Assembly (NCBI GenBank): GCA_000004985.1
Contig: GG738919.1
DNA: 64,000 nucleotides
Reading direction: 5' to 3' (one strand)
Source: Naegleria gruberi
Taxonomy: Eukaryota
The notes beneath the pieces are model-generated. The model saw only the letters and a program-made list of their open reading frames with translations, made no database searches and was not told the DNA's origin. The translations under genes were made by a program, and so were the position numbers. Within the stretch, counting starts at the first letter, position 1, and every line of letters starts with the position of its first letter. Shown here piece after piece: positions 53,003 through 62,911 of the stretch.

Positions 53003-54232
53003 TTATTCAATGAATTTGTATTCTCTGAAGGTTTTCATTCCAGAAGCACTTGAATTTAACTTTTCAATAATTTCCTCCTTAATATGTGAAACATCTTTCA
53101 AATGAATTGAAACAGTCAACCCATAATAATCAATGAAATGGTTAATATTGGCAGTGATGGCACCTCTTCTGACTTGTCTCACATTTTCTCCAATAAATGT
53201 TACCGCCACAAATCTATCACGTACAACATCGTCCAATTCCAAGGCACATACCTTAACAATAGCATGAACAGCATTGTCAGGTGTCAATTGTTCAACTAGC
53301 TCTGAAAGTGATTTACCATTCTTACTAAATTTCAAATGTTTTGCATTCTTTTCATCATATTCCATCGAAACAAATGAAACAGTTGGTTGTTGTCTCATAT
53401 CTTGATAAGCTTCACCAATCAACTCATCAAACTTAATTGGAGAAGTCAATGAAGATGGAATCAATGAAAAACTTCTAGAAAATCTATTAACACTTCCATT
53501 TCCAGAACTAGTAGTAGTAGCAGCAGCAGCAGGTTTTTCACCTTTGCTTTCAATAGAAGAAGCATTTGATTTAACTGGTTGGGGAGTGCTAAATGTAGAA
53601 ACAGTTCTAGTTCTATTATGAGTAGGAGTTGATGGTTGACCACTTGTTTTCTCAAGTGTTGGACTTGGCAATCTCATAAATGAAGCATTACGCGGTCTTC
53701 TTTCAATAGCCACATTTTGAGCTAACAGAGGTGCAGAACTCGTGCTAACCAATTGAGTTTTCACACAAGCATTTGGCAGATTCAATTTACCAAATTTCAA
53801 ATCTCTCAAAACTTGTTCTGCCTTTAAGTTTTCAATTTCAAAGGAAGAAAACTTTTCCAAATTGTGAACAGTTTTGGAATTGACGAATTCTTGAACTTTC
53901 TTTGCTGTTTGTTCATCAACTTGATCGTTTTGAGTGTTATTCGAAACTAGGTCTTTTAATTCTTGTTTTTCTTTGATTAAATCTTCAAGTTCCTTTTGTT
54001 TAGACTGACATTCAGTTTCTAATTGTGAAACTAATTGAAGAGAACGTGCTTTTAAACCTTCGATAAATTTCTCTGTTTCTATTTGAATTTCGTTCTTCAA
54101 TTCGGCTTGTTTCTTCTGAATTAGTTCGATGGCTACGTGTAACTGTTGATCCGAACAAGTTTGTCTATTCTCCCAGTTGGTAAAGAGGGAATCAACTTGT
54201 TGTCTGGAGATGGTGGTTGGAGAAGATGACAT
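53003..54232 (-). CDS. Coiled-coil protein with a C-terminal ADF-H (actin depolymerising factor homology) domain, 409 aa
   Basis: The C-terminal FVAVTFIGENVRQVRRGAITANINHFIDYYGLTVSIHLKDVSHIKEEIIEKL aligns with coactosin/drebrin ADF-H (KFALITWIGENVSGLQRAKTGTDKTLVKEVVQNFAKEFVISDRKELEEDFIKSEL). The N-terminus is a heptad-rich coiled coil. Confidence 0.6.
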   Translation of the reverse strand: MSSSPTTISRQQVDSLFTNWENRQTCSDQQLHVAIELIQKKQAELKNEIQIETEKFIEGLKARSLQLVSQLETECQSKQKELEDLIKEKQELKDLVSNNTQNDQVDEQTAKKVQEFVNSKTVHNLEKFSSFEIENLKAEQVLRDLKFGKLNLPNACVKTQLVSTSSAPLLAQNVAIERRPRNASFMRLPSPTLEKTSGQPSTPTHNRTRTVSTFSTPQPVKSNASSIESKGEKPAAAATTTSSGNGSVNRFSRSFSLIPSSLTSPIKFDELIGEAYQDMRQQPTVSFVSMEYDEKNAKHLKFSKNGKSLSELVEQLTPDNAVHAIVKVCALELDDVVRDRFVAVTFIGENVRQVRRGAITANINHFIDYYGLTVSIHLKDVSHIKEEIIEKLNSSASGMKTFREYKFIE

Positions 54233-54463
54233 TTTTTTGTTGTTGATTTGTTTCGAATATCAAACAGATGAAATTCAACACACTAAAAAGTCAATTGTCA
54301 AGTGGTTACCTTTTTTGCTCTGATTGTTTGAAAATGGTGGTTATTGCACAAGAACGAGTTTTAAATTGTTTGATTTGTCAAAACTCGTCCAAATATTTTA
54401 CTGTTCAACATCACACAACAAGAAAGGTTTACAGTAAACAAATTTTCATTGTAAACTAAGTGT

Positions 54464-57400
54464 TTAATGTTGTGGTGAGGAATTTTGTTGGCTAATAGTT
54501 TGGAAACTTTGCTTTCTCTTTACAAAATCAGTAATGGCATCATTGAGCTTGGTAATAATTCGAACCTTTTCGTTTGGTCTATTCATGACATCGTACTCAA
54601 CTGTGAATTTACGAGCAATGGCTGAAATTTGGAATTTGCTATTGTTAGATCCGAAATCCATTGGATGAACAGTTAAATCACCCAAACTCAAAACAAATCT
54701 TGCTTCATATCGATCCTTCTTCTTTTCTTCCATTATTCCCATAACGTCCACATTGTCAGATTTGTCAATTCCATTGGCTCCTTCTGCTGTTGCAATTTTC
54801 ATAGCAGCAGCTCCACTTGGAGTACCTCCCAATTCTGAAGTGGAGGCACTCACTGATGGAGTAGGTACATTTACTGTTGAGGTAATGTTTGGTTGAGAGT
54901 TGGCCTTAACAGACAACTTTCTTCTAACTCGAGATAATTTTCCATCCTCTTCTTGTGTATTTTCAGATTCTCTAACAGCATGAATAAATAAATCGTTGAA
55001 TAAGAAAACGACACATTCCTCATTGACATGAGTGTCATAGGTAGATCTCAACTTGTCAAATTCACAAATATATCTACGTTGAGGTTGAATTAAATCTGTC
55101 AGTCCTGATAATCTATCTGCCACACTCTTCATACGATAGAAATATTGACGTTCACGAATCTTATTATTCAAGAAGGTGGCAACTTCTTCAGTGATGGAAA
55201 TTGCATTCACCAAATTACCGAAATCTGGATGTTCAGGATTCTTGGTGTGTTTCAACAAACCCTTCAATAGGAGAATATATCTTGGAATACGTTGGATAGG
55301 CTTGATCAAGAAACCTTGAAGTTGTTCACCCTTTGAGAATGGATCCTTTCTTCTAATGTAGAGATAATTTCTAAATCTTGGATTATCCTTATGTTTAGAA
55401 TAAGTTTCAATAGCCATTTCATATTTTGTTGAGAAGGTGGTATACAATTTGAAAGTTTGATGGAGTTTGATGAAAATATCGGCAATCTTTTGATCCTTGT
55501 GCCATTCATTAACACGTTCTTCTAAATCTGTTACGAGAATCTTGTGCAATTTGTAAATTCCCAATAAACCACCAAAGATCTTAGACTTGTCATCTTCTGA
55601 AATGAGATTAGGCAAATATTTCAATAGTGGATAATAGTACAATTCTATAATCTTGGCCATAGAAGTGACGTAGGCTCTTTCAGTGTCGAGAATTTCCTTT
55701 GCCAAATTTTCTCTTTCCAAAATATCCTTTTCATTTTCCAATTGTTTGACATCTTCTTGTTTTTCGGTAGATGTCTTGGTTTCAGTTGCGCTATTATCAG
55801 AGGTCTTGTTGGATTCAATATTTGGACTTGTCTCTGTTGTGACAGTTTCAAGATCTTCCAATACATCTACAGGAGATCCCTTGTGGCTCTTCTTTCCAAT
55901 CATGAAACTACCAAAACCAATATTTGACAACTCTTCATCACTGTCATAGTCACTATCACTATCACTATCAGCATGTTGCATTTGGTCAATGACAGATTTG
56001 ATTAAAAGACCACACTTGCCAGAGGATGCTGAACTTGCTCCACTAATTCTCATATTTTCATTCAATCTAATCTTGTTATGTTCCAAGTGAGTGAGCAATA
56101 AATCTTGTAGCATGTGACAAATTACCAATCTTTGCATGAGGGCAGGTTCCTTTCCACTCTTCTTTTTGATGATTTCCTTTTCCTCTTCAGTGAGTTTGTT
56201 ATTCACATTCACAGAAACAAAAGTGGAATCAACAATAGTTGAAAGACCCTTACATTTCAACAAGATTTGATTCAATGTCGATTCATTTCCTTCACTTCCC
56301 ATCTTGATAATGGAAATGTATGGCTCTGGTTCAGATGCAGAACCGGTGGAGTTGGCACTAATACCATTTGATTCGTACCATTCGACAATATCATCTAATT
56401 TGGTTTGTTCCTTCTTTTTCTTTCTTTGGAGTGAAAGACTTTCCAATTTGCCCAAACTGTGCCAAACAGGTGTACCAGTTGAGGAGGATGCTGTCTTTCC
56501 GAAATTAGGAGCTGAGAACTTGGATTCGATTTGATTGGCTGTGACGAGGTAAATCTTTGGTCTCATATTTCTATTGATTGGATCCTTTGATTGTTTTGGA
56601 TCGTGCTTTGCTAATAAATCAACTAAAAGTGTAAAAACTTCCTCATATCCTCCATCATTATCTGGTTTCTTAATCTTATTGGTGATGAGATCAATAACTG
56701 AATAGTAATATTCCAAATCTTCATTATCAATAATAATTTCAACAGATTTCTTTGTAAAGATACCAACAGTCATCCTATCTGCTGGACGTAACTTGAAGAG
56801 AATATGTAAATATCTGAGCACAATTTCAATGGCAGAACCCAATCTATTATCATATGCTGTGAATTGAGAATAATCTTCACCCTTTTCACTTTGTTTCAAA
56901 CTCTTGCCTGCTGGTTTAAAAACAGGAAGAGAAGGAATCATATCTTGTGAAGACATATTTCTCGAAACATCCACAAAGATATAGTGGTGAATGCCAGTAT
57001 TTGGAGTGGCTTTAAACAAGTGACCACTTGGAGAGAAGATGAAACCATTTTCTTTGGCTGGGAATCTTTCAGCTAGTAATGAAACTTCCTCCAAATAATC
57101 CAATGCACTACAATCCAAAACTTGGTGAGAGACGTGTCTCTTACAATATTCGAGTGGTGTATTGGAAGTAGAGTTTTGGTCCAATTTTTGAACTCTACAC
57201 AAGTTGAATTGACGCATTTCCTCATTGGACATGCAGGCCTTCTTACATGGATCAACAAATCCACACAAGGACCAGAATTTTTCATGTTTCAATTCATCCA
57301 TTGGTTCACATTTCATAGTAGAGTGCTTACGACCTGTTGCCATCAAACTCAATTCACCATTATATGGACAATCTTCCTCACCATTATCAGATAAAGAATC

Positions 57401-59524
57401 ATCGAAATTATCGGTAATAATCATGGAATCTTCTCTTCCATATCTTGGAGATACAGGAACACCCCTTGGAGAAACAATTATCTGGGAGCCACCTCCAACA
57501 GTGAGAGAAGTTCCAAATCCAATACTACTGCCCATAGTTGATGGATTAGTGTTATGTGTTGATGGAGAAGTTGACTTGCCCTTTAAATCTGAAACACTAC
57601 CAGAAGAAGATGTTTTAGGAACACCTCCACCATGAATGAGTCCTGTTGGTGTGTCATTGACATTTGTACTTGATGTTGATCTTTTTGGAACGCCTCCAAT
57701 TCCACTAGAAATGATAAAACTTCCGTCCAAAGGACCACTACCGGCAATGTTAGTGTTGGAAGGAGAACGTCTTGGCACTCCACCAATTCCACCCGAAATA
57801 ATTCCTCCACTACTGTTGAGTGTAGTGTTGCTACCTGTTGATGTGGTGCTAGTATTACTACTGTTGGTGTTAGATGATGTTTCCAATCCAGGAGTTGGCT
57901 CAATGGTCAAGCTTGGTAATTCAGGAGGATGAGCCATGTCAGAAAGGGAAGAACCAACAGATCTCGATCTAGGAACATTTTCAGTGGCTGGCTTTGTGTT
58001 AAATGTTGGAGTAAAGGTAGTGAATTGAATTCTATTAGCAGTTGACCATTCACTGTTTTTAGGAGTGAGTGAGGACATTTCACTTTGACTAGGTGATTTT
58101 GGAATAAGGGATTGTGATCTCTGCTTTTCAGAAGATGATTCCATTGTTGCTTTCAAATCTGATGATGAACTATTGAGAGAATTAGCGGTTGATGTCTTTT
58201 TACCATGTTTGTGGGAACATACAGTCAAATAGGTATGACCACGACCCAAAACTCTACAATATGATTCACAAGTGAATTTGGCACCATTTTGACCTGGGAA
58301 GAATCTCAATAGACGTTCTTGATTTTGATGAATATATGGAATTTCAATTGCATTATTCTTGAGTAATTTAGAATCAGTCACAAATACAGTATTGATCATG
58401 AAGGCATGTTCAGTATCATGGAGTAGTAAATTCTCCTTCTCCTTTACAGAAAGAGTTTCAAAATTAATATTTTTCATTTTAGGATCAACTGATTTTTTGG
58501 CAATCCAGAATGAATTCTTATCGTGACCATATTCTTTTCTACATATGGACAAACAGGCAGGACATTTCTTTGCACAAAAATGTTTACGTGGTGCTGTTTT
58601 AGTGTCTTCATCATTGTAACAAAGACATTTACCAGAGTGGCTAAATTTGAATGGTTCCAACATTTTGGAACAGTTATGCTTCAAGCCAACATCTGTATAT
58701 TTGGCCTCTGCTTTAATTTCACAAAATCCACGATGAGAACAAAATTGTTGACAAGGATGTGAATTGGAACACATGTGAAAATCGAGACCTCCATTCTCTG
58801 CTTCAATAAAGTCCTTATATTCCTGTGAAGAGTGATCAAATGCACAATAGCATACACAATTTGGAATTTGACACTTGTGTTTACAAATTCCAGGTTTCAA
58901 ATTCTTCAAATTTGGATTAACAACAATAGGTTCTGCAGTAATTGTGATTGGTGGAGATTTGTTCAATCTTTCCACTGATGAAGAGCTAGTATTTTGTTGT
59001 GGTAATTTGATAGCTGGTGGAATAACCTTGACAGTTTCCATTGGTTTCTTATTTTCCACAATATTTTCCAAACTCTTACTACTTGTTAATGAATTATTGT
59101 TAGCATTCACTGTTGTGTTTTGATTTGTTGAAGTTGAAGGCAAGACAGGTGGTAAAATCTCTGCAACTGAATTCAAGGCAAATAATTCTTCCTTTCCAGG
59201 AGTTTTTGTTGGAGTACTGTATGGATTTACAACATTACCACTTGGCATTAAATGTTTGTTTTGAATTGGAGCTTGAGTTGAATGTCCAATGTTAACAATT
59301 GGAATTTCTACAACGGGATTAGTAGTAAAGTTGGCAATATTGACCACTTGTGGAGGAGGAACTGTGGCTGAGGAAGGTTGCTGTGTCTTGGTAGCTGTTG
59401 GTTGAACAATCATTGGAGGAACAATAACTGGGACTGTATTTGTCTTGGATACAGGCTGATTGGACATCACATTGTTAACACTTGGTCTATTCATATTCAC
59501 TTGTTGTTGTTGCTGTTGTTGCAT
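54464..59524 (-). CDS. Very large RhoGEF (DH-PH) protein body, 1686 aa
   Basis: The C-terminal DH domain reads LAKEILDTERAYVTSMAKIIELYYYPL...LIKPIQRIPRYILLLKGLLKHT and is followed by a PH-like region. Upstream are a Cys/His-rich region, S/T/N/Q low complexity and a possible vWA-like segment. The start Met sits inside a CAA (poly-Gln) repeat, and this ORF is probably continuous with 59487..60242 (see findings). Confidence 0.75.
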   Translation of the reverse strand: MQQQQQQQVNMNRPSVNNVMSNQPVSKTNTVPVIVPPMIVQPTATKTQQPSSATVPPPQVVNIANFTTNPVVEIPIVNIGHSTQAPIQNKHLMPSGNVVNPYSTPTKTPGKEELFALNSVAEILPPVLPSTSTNQNTTVNANNNSLTSSKSLENIVENKKPMETVKVIPPAIKLPQQNTSSSSVERLNKSPPITITAEPIVVNPNLKNLKPGICKHKCQIPNCVCYCAFDHSSQEYKDFIEAENGGLDFHMCSNSHPCQQFCSHRGFCEIKAEAKYTDVGLKHNCSKMLEPFKFSHSGKCLCYNDEDTKTAPRKHFCAKKCPACLSICRKEYGHDKNSFWIAKKSVDPKMKNINFETLSVKEKENLLLHDTEHAFMINTVFVTDSKLLKNNAIEIPYIHQNQERLLRFFPGQNGAKFTCESYCRVLGRGHTYLTVCSHKHGKKTSTANSLNSSSSDLKATMESSSEKQRSQSLIPKSPSQSEMSSLTPKNSEWSTANRIQFTTFTPTFNTKPATENVPRSRSVGSSLSDMAHPPELPSLTIEPTPGLETSSNTNSSNTSTTSTGSNTTLNSSGGIISGGIGGVPRRSPSNTNIAGSGPLDGSFIISSGIGGVPKRSTSSTNVNDTPTGLIHGGGVPKTSSSGSVSDLKGKSTSPSTHNTNPSTMGSSIGFGTSLTVGGGSQIIVSPRGVPVSPRYGREDSMIITDNFDDSLSDNGEEDCPYNGELSLMATGRKHSTMKCEPMDELKHEKFWSLCGFVDPCKKACMSNEEMRQFNLCRVQKLDQNSTSNTPLEYCKRHVSHQVLDCSALDYLEEVSLLAERFPAKENGFIFSPSGHLFKATPNTGIHHYIFVDVSRNMSSQDMIPSLPVFKPAGKSLKQSEKGEDYSQFTAYDNRLGSAIEIVLRYLHILFKLRPADRMTVGIFTKKSVEIIIDNEDLEYYYSVIDLITNKIKKPDNDGGYEEVFTLLVDLLAKHDPKQSKDPINRNMRPKIYLVTANQIESKFSAPNFGKTASSSTGTPVWHSLGKLESLSLQRKKKKEQTKLDDIVEWYESNGISANSTGSASEPEPYISIIKMGSEGNESTLNQILLKCKGLSTIVDSTFVSVNVNNKLTEEEKEIIKKKSGKEPALMQRLVICHMLQDLLLTHLEHNKIRLNENMRISGASSASSGKCGLLIKSVIDQMQHADSDSDSDYDSDEELSNIGFGSFMIGKKSHKGSPVDVLEDLETVTTETSPNIESNKTSDNSATETKTSTEKQEDVKQLENEKDILERENLAKEILDTERAYVTSMAKIIELYYYPLLKYLPNLISEDDKSKIFGGLLGIYKLHKILVTDLEERVNEWHKDQKIADIFIKLHQTFKLYTTFSTKYEMAIETYSKHKDNPRFRNYLYIRRKDPFSKGEQLQGFLIKPIQRIPRYILLLKGLLKHTKNPEHPDFGNLVNAISITEEVATFLNNKIRERQYFYRMKSVADRLSGLTDLIQPQRRYICEFDKLRSTYDTHVNEECVVFLFNDLFIHAVRESENTQEEDGKLSRVRRKLSVKANSQPNITSTVNVPTPSVSASTSELGGTPSGAAAMKIATAEGANGIDKSDNVDVMGIMEEKKKDRYEARFVLSLGDLTVHPMDFGSNNSKFQISAIARKFTVEYDVMNRPNEKVRIITKLNDAITDFVKRKQSFQTISQQNSSPQH

Positions 59525-60242
59525 TGGTTGCTTGTGTTGTTTTTGGAGGAATTACTTGTGCAAAGTTAGCATCATCCCATGAAGCATCAAACGAATCATC
59601 AAACTTGTTGGTACCAGGTTGGGTATTGTTTGTAATAATATTTGCTCCAATATTTACATTATTTGCAAGATTATTGTTACTTCCACTGTTAGAGATGGAT
59701 CTTGCTCTAGGATTGAAACCACCACCAACGCTCAGACTTCCACTAGAATTTGTTGATGATAGAGTTGGAGTTGGAGTAGTGGAATTGCTGTGGAGAGATG
59801 TTGTTGATGAAGAGGAGGGAATTAATAAATTATTTGAATGACTATTATTTAGCTTTAAATTGTTATTATTATGAATTGGAGCAAAACCACCACCAATAGT
59901 TGTTGTATTAAAATTTAAATTTAAATTATTATTATTAATATTATTATTAAAATTATTAAAATTATTTGATGGTGCGGTAAATGTAGAAGGAGTTGATGAA
60001 GTTGAAGATGTTATTTGTTGTTGTGATGATGGTTGTACAACGGGATCTCCCGATAGGAAAAAATCTAACAAATCGCCATGACTCATCGATGACATATTTG
60101 TTGTTGTAGTTTGTTGTTTCTGTTGTTGTGGTTGTTGAGGATTTCTCATCGTGGTGTTATTGCTGCTATTACTCTTGTTCATTGTACCCGTGGATGGGTT
60201 TGTTCTTTGATTGTTGTTGGATTGTGCATTTGCTCCTCTCAT
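59487..60242 (-). CDS. N/S/T/Q-rich low-complexity ORF, probably the N-terminal part of the large RhoGEF gene with the frame displaced at the CAA repeat
   Basis: It is co-oriented and overlaps the 5' end of the 54464..59524 ORF by 38 nt in a different frame. Its composition is typical of a dictyostelid N-terminal low-complexity extension. The ATG at 60242 is in an A/T-rich context. Confidence 0.35.
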   Translation of the reverse strand: MRGANAQSNNNQRTNPSTGTMNKSNSSNNTTMRNPQQPQQQKQQTTTTNMSSMSHGDLLDFFLSGDPVVQPSSQQQITSSTSSTPSTFTAPSNNFNNFNNNINNNNLNLNFNTTTIGGGFAPIHNNNNLKLNNSHSNNLLIPSSSSTTSLHSNSTTPTPTLSSTNSSGSLSVGGGFNPRARSISNSGSNNNLANNVNIGANIITNNTQPGTNKFDDSFDASWDDANFAQVIPPKTTQATNATTATTTSEYE

Positions 60243-60513
60243 ATTGTTGTTGCTTTTTGTCTTTTGTTTGAGAATAAGAGAGCAAATGACAATGTCGTGG
60301 TTGAGTAGTTGACGATGTTGTGTAGTTTATTATGGAGTAATGATTTGTGCGATTTTCTTTCTAATTGGCTTTGTTTGCATGTCCTTTTTCTTATCGCTAT
60401 TGTGCTTGATTGAAAGTTGATGGGAAATTGCTGTTCGTATTTAACGATTCGCAAATGGAGTAGACGAATTGAAGTTGTAAAGTCTCAGTGAATCATAAGG
60501 GCATGGGATGAAA

Positions 60514-62169
60514 TTAGTCAGCTTCATTTATTAGGGATGGAGATTCAATGGTCTTCTTAATTCTTGACATTGTTTTAGATAAGAGTGCCAGCAAGTTGGC
60601 TTCTCCCTCTCCTCTCACCTTTTCTTCACTCACAATTCTGTCTTGCAACTTGTTAAGGGAGGAATTAACGAGCTCCTGTTGCTTTTCAATATCTGCTCTC
60701 AAATCAAATAAATTCTTCTTACTCTGTTTATCATTCTGTATAATGAGTCTCTCCAATTTATCACTTGTTGGTTGAATAAATTCAGAGAGGATTTCCATTT
60801 TCTGAGCATTCATTAATTGCTGTACATTATTGAATTGGTGAGCAGTGTTAATCTTTTGAGATTCCAGTGTATTTTGAATTTGTTCCAATTTGCTCCATAT
60901 TGGGTCTGTGCTTTGCCTAGTTTGAGTTCCAATCTCTGTAAATAACTTTTCCAATTGTGTTGTTATTTCATTTATATGTGCATTGGAGAGGTTTGAAAGG
61001 GTGGATATTTGTTTCTGAACGTCAAGCTCCATATTATTAATCTTTTGTTTGACGTCTGTGAATTTGATTTGAGTCTCTTTCGATTCGGATATGATTGAGT
61101 CTGCCAATTGCTTTCTCTCTGTCTTGTATTGGTTGAGGAAGGAATTGAAATTAGTACTGAGGAGATGCAGCTGATTTGATTGAGAGGATAATTCCTGTGA
61201 GAGTGATTCTATATTGAGGTGAACAGTGGAAACTTGCTCCTCCAGATTTTTCAGTCGTTTTTTGACGCTTTCATTTTCTTGAATTCGTGCATTCTTTTCC
61301 TGTTCGATTCGGGAGGACAGCTGGTTGAACTTTTCTTCAATGAGATTGGTAATATTCTTCTCACCTCTTTCTCTATTGCCTCTCTCATGGAATAGTTGAG
61401 TTTCCAATTTTTCGAGAGCTCCATTAGTAGAATCCACTCGGCTATTAACCTTATTTGTAAATGTATTAACATTATCAATCTTTGACTCTATGGATTCAAT
61501 TTGCATTTGTCTCTTTTTTCTGACCTTTTCTTGTTGGGCGACTTGAGCATCAATGGCTGAAATCTTTGAGCCTAAATCGGCAAATTTAATCTTTGACCCA
61601 GCTCCTTCAACACTATTTGAGGTACCATTGAGAAACTCATCTTCAGTTATTTCATCACTGTCATTACTTCGAGAGTCATAATTAGTAATTGAATTGAGAG
61701 CAGATCGAGAGAATTGCTTCCCAGGACTATCAGAATTGTTGGAATGCGATGAGAGAATATTATAATTATTATTGTTGGGAGATTTCTTAATATTATTGCT
61801 AACATTTGAGGAGCTCAAGGTTGAGAATGAGGGTAAATTAATATACTTTCCAAAAGTTTGAGGAACAGTAGAAGAAGACGATGCAGGACTCAAAGGTTCT
61901 AGATATCCATTTGTGCTCCCACTACTGCTATTGTGATGAGCATTGTACGATCGTGAACTGCTCTGCGAGGATGGAATACCTGTTCTCAAGGGAGATGAAG
62001 CCGATGAAGTTGTAGATGATGAAGTTGTGGTATTAAACTTGAAATAATCGATTTGTGGTTGTTGTTGTTGAGGTACTTTAGGACTCCTCAATACAGGAAT
62101 CATTGAATTATTACTATTTGATGAAGAATTGGTAGCCATCAAACTAGTTCCCCTCCCATTATGAATCAT
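60514..62169 (-). CDS. Hypothetical coiled-coil protein (551 aa) with an S/N-rich N-terminus
   Basis: After the low-complexity N-terminus there is a long heptad-repeat region (LEKLETQLFHERGNRERGEKNITNLIEEKFNQLSSRIEQEKNARIQENESVKKRLKNLEEQV...). No catalytic motif recognised. Confidence 0.5.
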   Translation of the reverse strand: MIHNGRGTSLMATNSSSNSNNSMIPVLRSPKVPQQQQPQIDYFKFNTTTSSSTTSSASSPLRTGIPSSQSSSRSYNAHHNSSSGSTNGYLEPLSPASSSSTVPQTFGKYINLPSFSTLSSSNVSNNIKKSPNNNNYNILSSHSNNSDSPGKQFSRSALNSITNYDSRSNDSDEITEDEFLNGTSNSVEGAGSKIKFADLGSKISAIDAQVAQQEKVRKKRQMQIESIESKIDNVNTFTNKVNSRVDSTNGALEKLETQLFHERGNRERGEKNITNLIEEKFNQLSSRIEQEKNARIQENESVKKRLKNLEEQVSTVHLNIESLSQELSSQSNQLHLLSTNFNSFLNQYKTERKQLADSIISESKETQIKFTDVKQKINNMELDVQKQISTLSNLSNAHINEITTQLEKLFTEIGTQTRQSTDPIWSKLEQIQNTLESQKINTAHQFNNVQQLMNAQKMEILSEFIQPTSDKLERLIIQNDKQSKKNLFDLRADIEKQQELVNSSLNKLQDRIVSEEKVRGEGEANLLALLSKTMSRIKKTIESPSLINEAD

Positions 62170-62911
62170 ATTCTCTCAATAAAGTTGTTGTTTATGGCAG
62201 TATTTTTTAAAATCTGAAGGTAGATATTATTCCGCCAAATTACTGTAAATAACAAACAAGTCTATGGAGAGTGGTTAAGGTAAAAAAAACTTTGTGATGT
62301 TTGGTGATGGAGATTTTTAGTTAATGTGTATCTGTGGACCATTTTTCATGTCAATGCTCTATTCGTTTGTAACACATCTGTTTGACCAAGGTTTTAGTTG
62401 GTTCCAAATACACATCCTTCCTAAGATTTCTTTCTGCTAATCCATTCTAACATCATATTTGAAGACTTCAAATAAGAGAGCATGCAAATTTATTAAAATA
62501 TATTTCATAAACAAGAACATAAAAGTGGTACTTAATCAAACCTTCAAACTCTGTGTGTTTGCAACAATAAATGGCCGATTTAAGTCGTGTTATGAAGAAG
62601 GTGCGACAACCAGTGGTGTTTTGTAAAAAAGTCAGAGCCGGACCTACCTTAAATCATTAGAGCCATTTGAATGCCTTTTTGAAAAAAACAGCACAAACAT
62701 TATTGATATCTTTCCACTAGATTATACATTCTGTTGTTTTTCTTCTAGTGCAAAACAACAATATTGGATCACACTTATGTGGGAAACCAATTATTTTTGA
62801 ACATGATACCCAACAATAACCACTTTCTAAAGAACGTCCTCAATCTCCTTAATACAAGATTCTTCCCATCAACAAGTTCACCATCAATTATCTATTGCAA
62901 GCATTCTAAGC

